A stretch of 57,506 bases of DNA, taken from NCBI GenBank assembly GCA_001779925.1, contig MFEK01000006.1:80407-137912 (forward strand), written 5' to 3'. The notes beneath the pieces are model-generated. The model was given only the letters and a program-made list of their open reading frames with translations. It was not told the origin of the DNA and did not search any database. Numbering within the stretch: position 1 is the stretch's first letter; each line of letters starts with the position of its first letter. The position numbers were made by a program, and so were the translations under genes. This DNA is from Candidatus Doudnabacteria bacterium RIFCSPHIGHO2_01_FULL_46_14. GTDB taxonomy: Bacteria > Patescibacteriota > Doudnabacteria > UBA920 > 2-01-FULL-46-14. Shown here one piece after another: positions 55,047 through 57,506 of the stretch.

Positions 55047-55304
55047 TTATTTAAAGTACTCTTTAAATTTCCGATAGATCCATACACTAGTACTGACGAT
55101 AGCTAATAGGATACCAAGAAGTGTGAATAACGGTTCAGTGTTTGACCGCGCATCAAGCCATTTACCAGCAAAACCCAGAGCCACGATTGGCAGAGCAATG
55201 ATAAACCCGAGCTCGAACGCTATACTGATTAACTCTCGTTTATCGAGCCTCTTCCCTGGCAGTTTAACCGGGGTTAATTTTGGTTTCTCGGGGGCTGCTT
55301 CCAT
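55047..55304 (-). CDS. AtpZ/AtpI-like small membrane protein heading the atp operon
   Basis: 85 aa, 2 TM helices, with the position and size typical of AtpZ/AtpI. Confidence 0.6.
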   Translation of the reverse strand: MEAAPEKPKLTPVKLPGKRLDKRELISIAFELGFIIALPIVALGFAGKWLDARSNTEPLFTLLGILLAIVSTSVWIYRKFKEYFK

Positions 55305-55320
55305 CCTGTAAATTGTAACA
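55305..55320 (-). promoter_or_regulatory. extended -10 promoter abutting the atpZ ATG (leaderless-type)
   Basis: Minus-sense TGTTACAAT, 7 nt, then ATG (55304). Confidence 0.3.
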
Positions 55321-55404
55321 AAAAATGCCTCACTTTGCTAGTATAGGCATTTTTATTTTCGCAATTATTGAGGGTTTGTGTCAAGACACAAGGGTGTTGA
55401 CAGC

Positions 55405-55788
55405 TTAAGGCACATCATGCAGTACATCGAGAAAAATTTTTGCCTCTGCCTCCTCGTATCCTTTCTGTTTCAAGGCATCAAATGCTTCTCGTTCCAGCTC
55501 GCTTGTGTCCGGTAATCCGTATTCGTCCAATTCAAATTTTACACCCGCTTTTTCCAGTTCCTCTCCCAGATCAAGTCCATAATAACGCGTATGCATTGCC
55601 TCCAGCACTGCTCGGTGCTTTGTCGGCATGGCCGTCAAGTCTCTGCTAAATTGTTTCAGCTCGTCCTTGTGTTCAGCGATAAATCTGTCAGATTCTTCCT
55701 CACTTTTAGGGTATTTTAAACCGCCGTTTGTTTCTGCAAAATTTTTACTTACATTTGGATCCCCTTCGCCCGATGGACGTCTAGACAT
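55405..55788 (-). CDS. hypothetical acidic protein
   Basis: An ORF from MSRRPSGEGD is more plausible than the 55836 start. No motif recognised. Confidence 0.5.
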   Translation of the reverse strand: MSRRPSGEGDPNVSKNFAETNGGLKYPKSEEESDRFIAEHKDELKQFSRDLTAMPTKHRAVLEAMHTRYYGLDLGEELEKAGVKFELDEYGLPDTSELEREAFDALKQKGYEEAEAKIFLDVLHDVP

Positions 55789-55910
55789 TGTTGTTTTTTT
55801 AGCGAATATAGTCTCAGTATATACCGTAAGGGTCAAAAGTCAAATGTGGAGTTGGCTGTCGGCTACTATTAACCACGAAATACCAAAGCCGCGATTCAGT
55901 ACGCCGAAAA

Positions 55911-56303
55911 TTAATAATTATTTTGACTTATCAAAAACATATTGCCGTCAGGATCAGCAATTTCCGCGCCAAAACCACCCCACGGTCTGATGGTGGCATT
56001 GGTCACAACCCGACCGCCATGTTTTTCTACCAACTCTAGAAAAGAGCGGATATCGTCAACCTGAAATTCACTGTTCTTGTAGGTTCCAACGTTGTGCTGT
56101 TTCCAATCTGCAAATCTATACTCAGAATCTGCTTCCAACTCGATATGCGTTCCATCAACCCCGCGAGCACTGACATAATGAGGGCTTTCATCGCGTTCAA
56201 TGGAGATGCCAAAAACAGCAGTATAAAATACTTTTGCTTTTTCAATATTTGAGGTGCCAATGATTATTGGGCCTAATTTGGGTAAATTGTGTGAATTATT
56301 CAT
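55911..56303 (-). CDS. VOC/glyoxalase-family protein
   Basis: 130 aa. ...FYTAVFG...HIELE...GGFGAEIADPDGNMFLI is a typical VOC beta-alpha-beta-beta-beta module. Confidence 0.75.
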   Translation of the reverse strand: MNNSHNLPKLGPIIIGTSNIEKAKVFYTAVFGISIERDESPHYVSARGVDGTHIELEADSEYRFADWKQHNVGTYKNSEFQVDDIRSFLELVEKHGGRVVTNATIRPWGGFGAEIADPDGNMFLISQNNY

Positions 56304-56360
56304 TTAGATTCTAATGAAAATGCTGGTTCGACCAGAGTCGGACTCCGACAGAGGTCGGAG

Positions 56361-56433
56361 AGCCACCTCCCGGGGTCGAACCGGGGACCTCTGCTTTACG
56401 AAAGCATTGCTCTACCAGCTGAGCTAAGGTGGC
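56361..56433 (-). tRNA. tRNA-Thr (anticodon CGT)
   Basis: Acceptor GCCACCT/AGGTGGC, D arm GCTC-AGCTGGTA-GAGC, loop TTCGTAA, T arm CCCGG-TTCGACC-CCGGG. No encoded CCA. Confidence 0.9.
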
Positions 56434-56544
56434 AAATCCAGATGCCTGTCCGCCATAGCTTTAGCGAAGGGGAAGCTAAGCCGGCCTCTTAAAGTAAAAG
56501 TATGATACAATTAATTGAGACTTTAATCAATTAAATAGGCAAAT

Positions 56545-57297
56545 ATGAAAGAACAAATAAAAAACATTCTAGGCATGCTGGGCGCGGTTTTGGGGATAGC
56601 GCTAATCGTGCTCATTGGAGCAGAGATCAATAATCGAACAAAAGGAAACTACGACCTTTCCAAAACTCGCTCCATAAATATGAGCGCTGAAGGTAAGGTC
56701 ACTGCCAAACCCGATCTTGCCACTCTTTCGTTCGCTGTTGTAACGCAAGGTAAGGACGCGGTCAAAGTGCAAGCGGACAATGATGCCAAAATGACTACGG
56801 TTATGGACTATCTGAAAAGCAACAACGTCAATTCTGAGGATATTCAAACTAGCGGTTACAACCTCAATCCTCAGTATGATTACTCGAGTCCAAACATCGC
56901 TCCTGGAACCATCTCCGGCTACAACCTCACCCAAAATATCACAGCTAAAATAAGAAAACTAGATACAGTCCCGACTATCCTCGGCGGACTCACTACTAAA
57001 GGAATAAACCAGATAAATAATGTTGCCTACACAATCGAAGACCCAGATAAGCTCAAACAGCAGGCCAGAGACTTCGCCATCGACAAAGCCAAACAAAAAG
57101 CCAAGGAATTGGCGGACCGTATTGGTGTACGGCTTGGTAAGGTCATCAATTTTTCCGAAGCCTCGAGCTATTTTCCCGAACCGTATTACTACGACAAAGC
57201 CATGCCTGTTGGCATGGGCGGCGGAGGCTCATCCCCTGTTGAGCCGGGAATGCAAGATGTAACCATTAGCGTCACCCTAACATTTGAGCTAAAGTAA
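56545..57297 (+). CDS. SIMPL-domain (DUF541) periplasmic/secreted protein
   Basis: N-terminal TM, then ISAEGKVTAKPDLATLSFAVVTQGKDA...DIQTSGYNLNPQYDY, typical SIMPL. Confidence 0.8.
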   Translation: MKEQIKNILGMLGAVLGIALIVLIGAEINNRTKGNYDLSKTRSINMSAEGKVTAKPDLATLSFAVVTQGKDAVKVQADNDAKMTTVMDYLKSNNVNSEDIQTSGYNLNPQYDYSSPNIAPGTISGYNLTQNITAKIRKLDTVPTILGGLTTKGINQINNVAYTIEDPDKLKQQARDFAIDKAKQKAKELADRIGVRLGKVINFSEASSYFPEPYYYDKAMPVGMGGGGSSPVEPGMQDVTISVTLTFELK

Positions 57298-57506
57298 CAA
57301 TCTTGGAGTGCCTCTTGGACGAGGTTCAAACTCGCATCTCTTGCTTGCTTGCCCGCCATCGCCACAGTATATTTACAACTCCGCTCGCACCTATTTTAGC
57401 AAAAATTCCTGATGTTGGCACGCCCCGCCGCAAAGCGGCGGGGCTACGCTTGATGTGCCGCGCCGAAAGGCGCGGCACTCTGCCGTTTTGTCCTGCCGCC
57501 ACCAAA

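Noticed and set aside
57318-57372. GGTTCAAACTCG T-loop-like string suggesting a tRNA after the SIMPL gene
   Set aside because: No acceptor, D or anticodon arms can be drawn, the T stem has only 4 bp, and there is too little upstream sequence. The GC hairpins at 57400..57480 look like terminator or REP-type structures instead.

Overview
This 57.5-kb chromosomal segment is almost entirely minus-strand and tightly packed with housekeeping genes of a small-genome bacterium. Five prepilin-like genes, split archaeal-type FAD-synthesis genes, tiny spacers and several short repeat families suggest a Candidate Phyla Radiation/Patescibacteria-like organism; this is inference only. Gene order: sigma-like HTH protein (partial), secF-secD, a maf remnant, HIT, secA, a methyltransferase, rpmA, 2 pilins, pyrG-rplI, ftsX-ftsE, prfB (programmed +1 frameshift, N-terminus missing from the ORF track). 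Then a deoxypyrimidine cluster (folA, tmk-like, dcd-like, thyA-like, dCMP deaminase), rplA-(inserted gene)-rplK-nusG-secE, gyrB, pheS, envelope proteins and a UvrD-nuclease fusion. Next come an EamA/NicO/PIN operon behind a structured leader, 3 pilins interleaved with riboflavin kinase and a RibL-like gene, tRNA-Arg, and HAD/NYN/rmuC. A visibly G+C-richer block follows: a radical-SAM-like gene with a degenerate Cys motif, tRNA-Asp, a tRNA-like relic, tRNA-Met, GIY-YIG, tRNA-fMet, and purD/ATPase/purN-like. The window ends with cca, a complete F1Fo atp operon carrying two extra genes and a 14-bp tandem repeat, a VOC protein, tRNA-Thr and a SIMPL protein. I saw no rRNA, CRISPR array, transposase or integrase. 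Most notable observations: (1) the thyA homologue has Asp at the Asn177 (dUMP-specificity) position and the dcd homologue lacks the deaminase Glu, so the cluster resembles a T4-like dCMP-modifying module. (2) GC-rich palindromic elements are inserted in frame in prfB, atpG, riboflavin kinase, secD and probably the helicase, similar to Rickettsia RPEs. (3) A riboswitch-like leader sits upstream of the EamA/NicO operon. (4) The G+C-rich block contains orphan purD/purN and a noncanonical radical-SAM-like gene. All motif alignments were done by eye; nothing was searched or computed.
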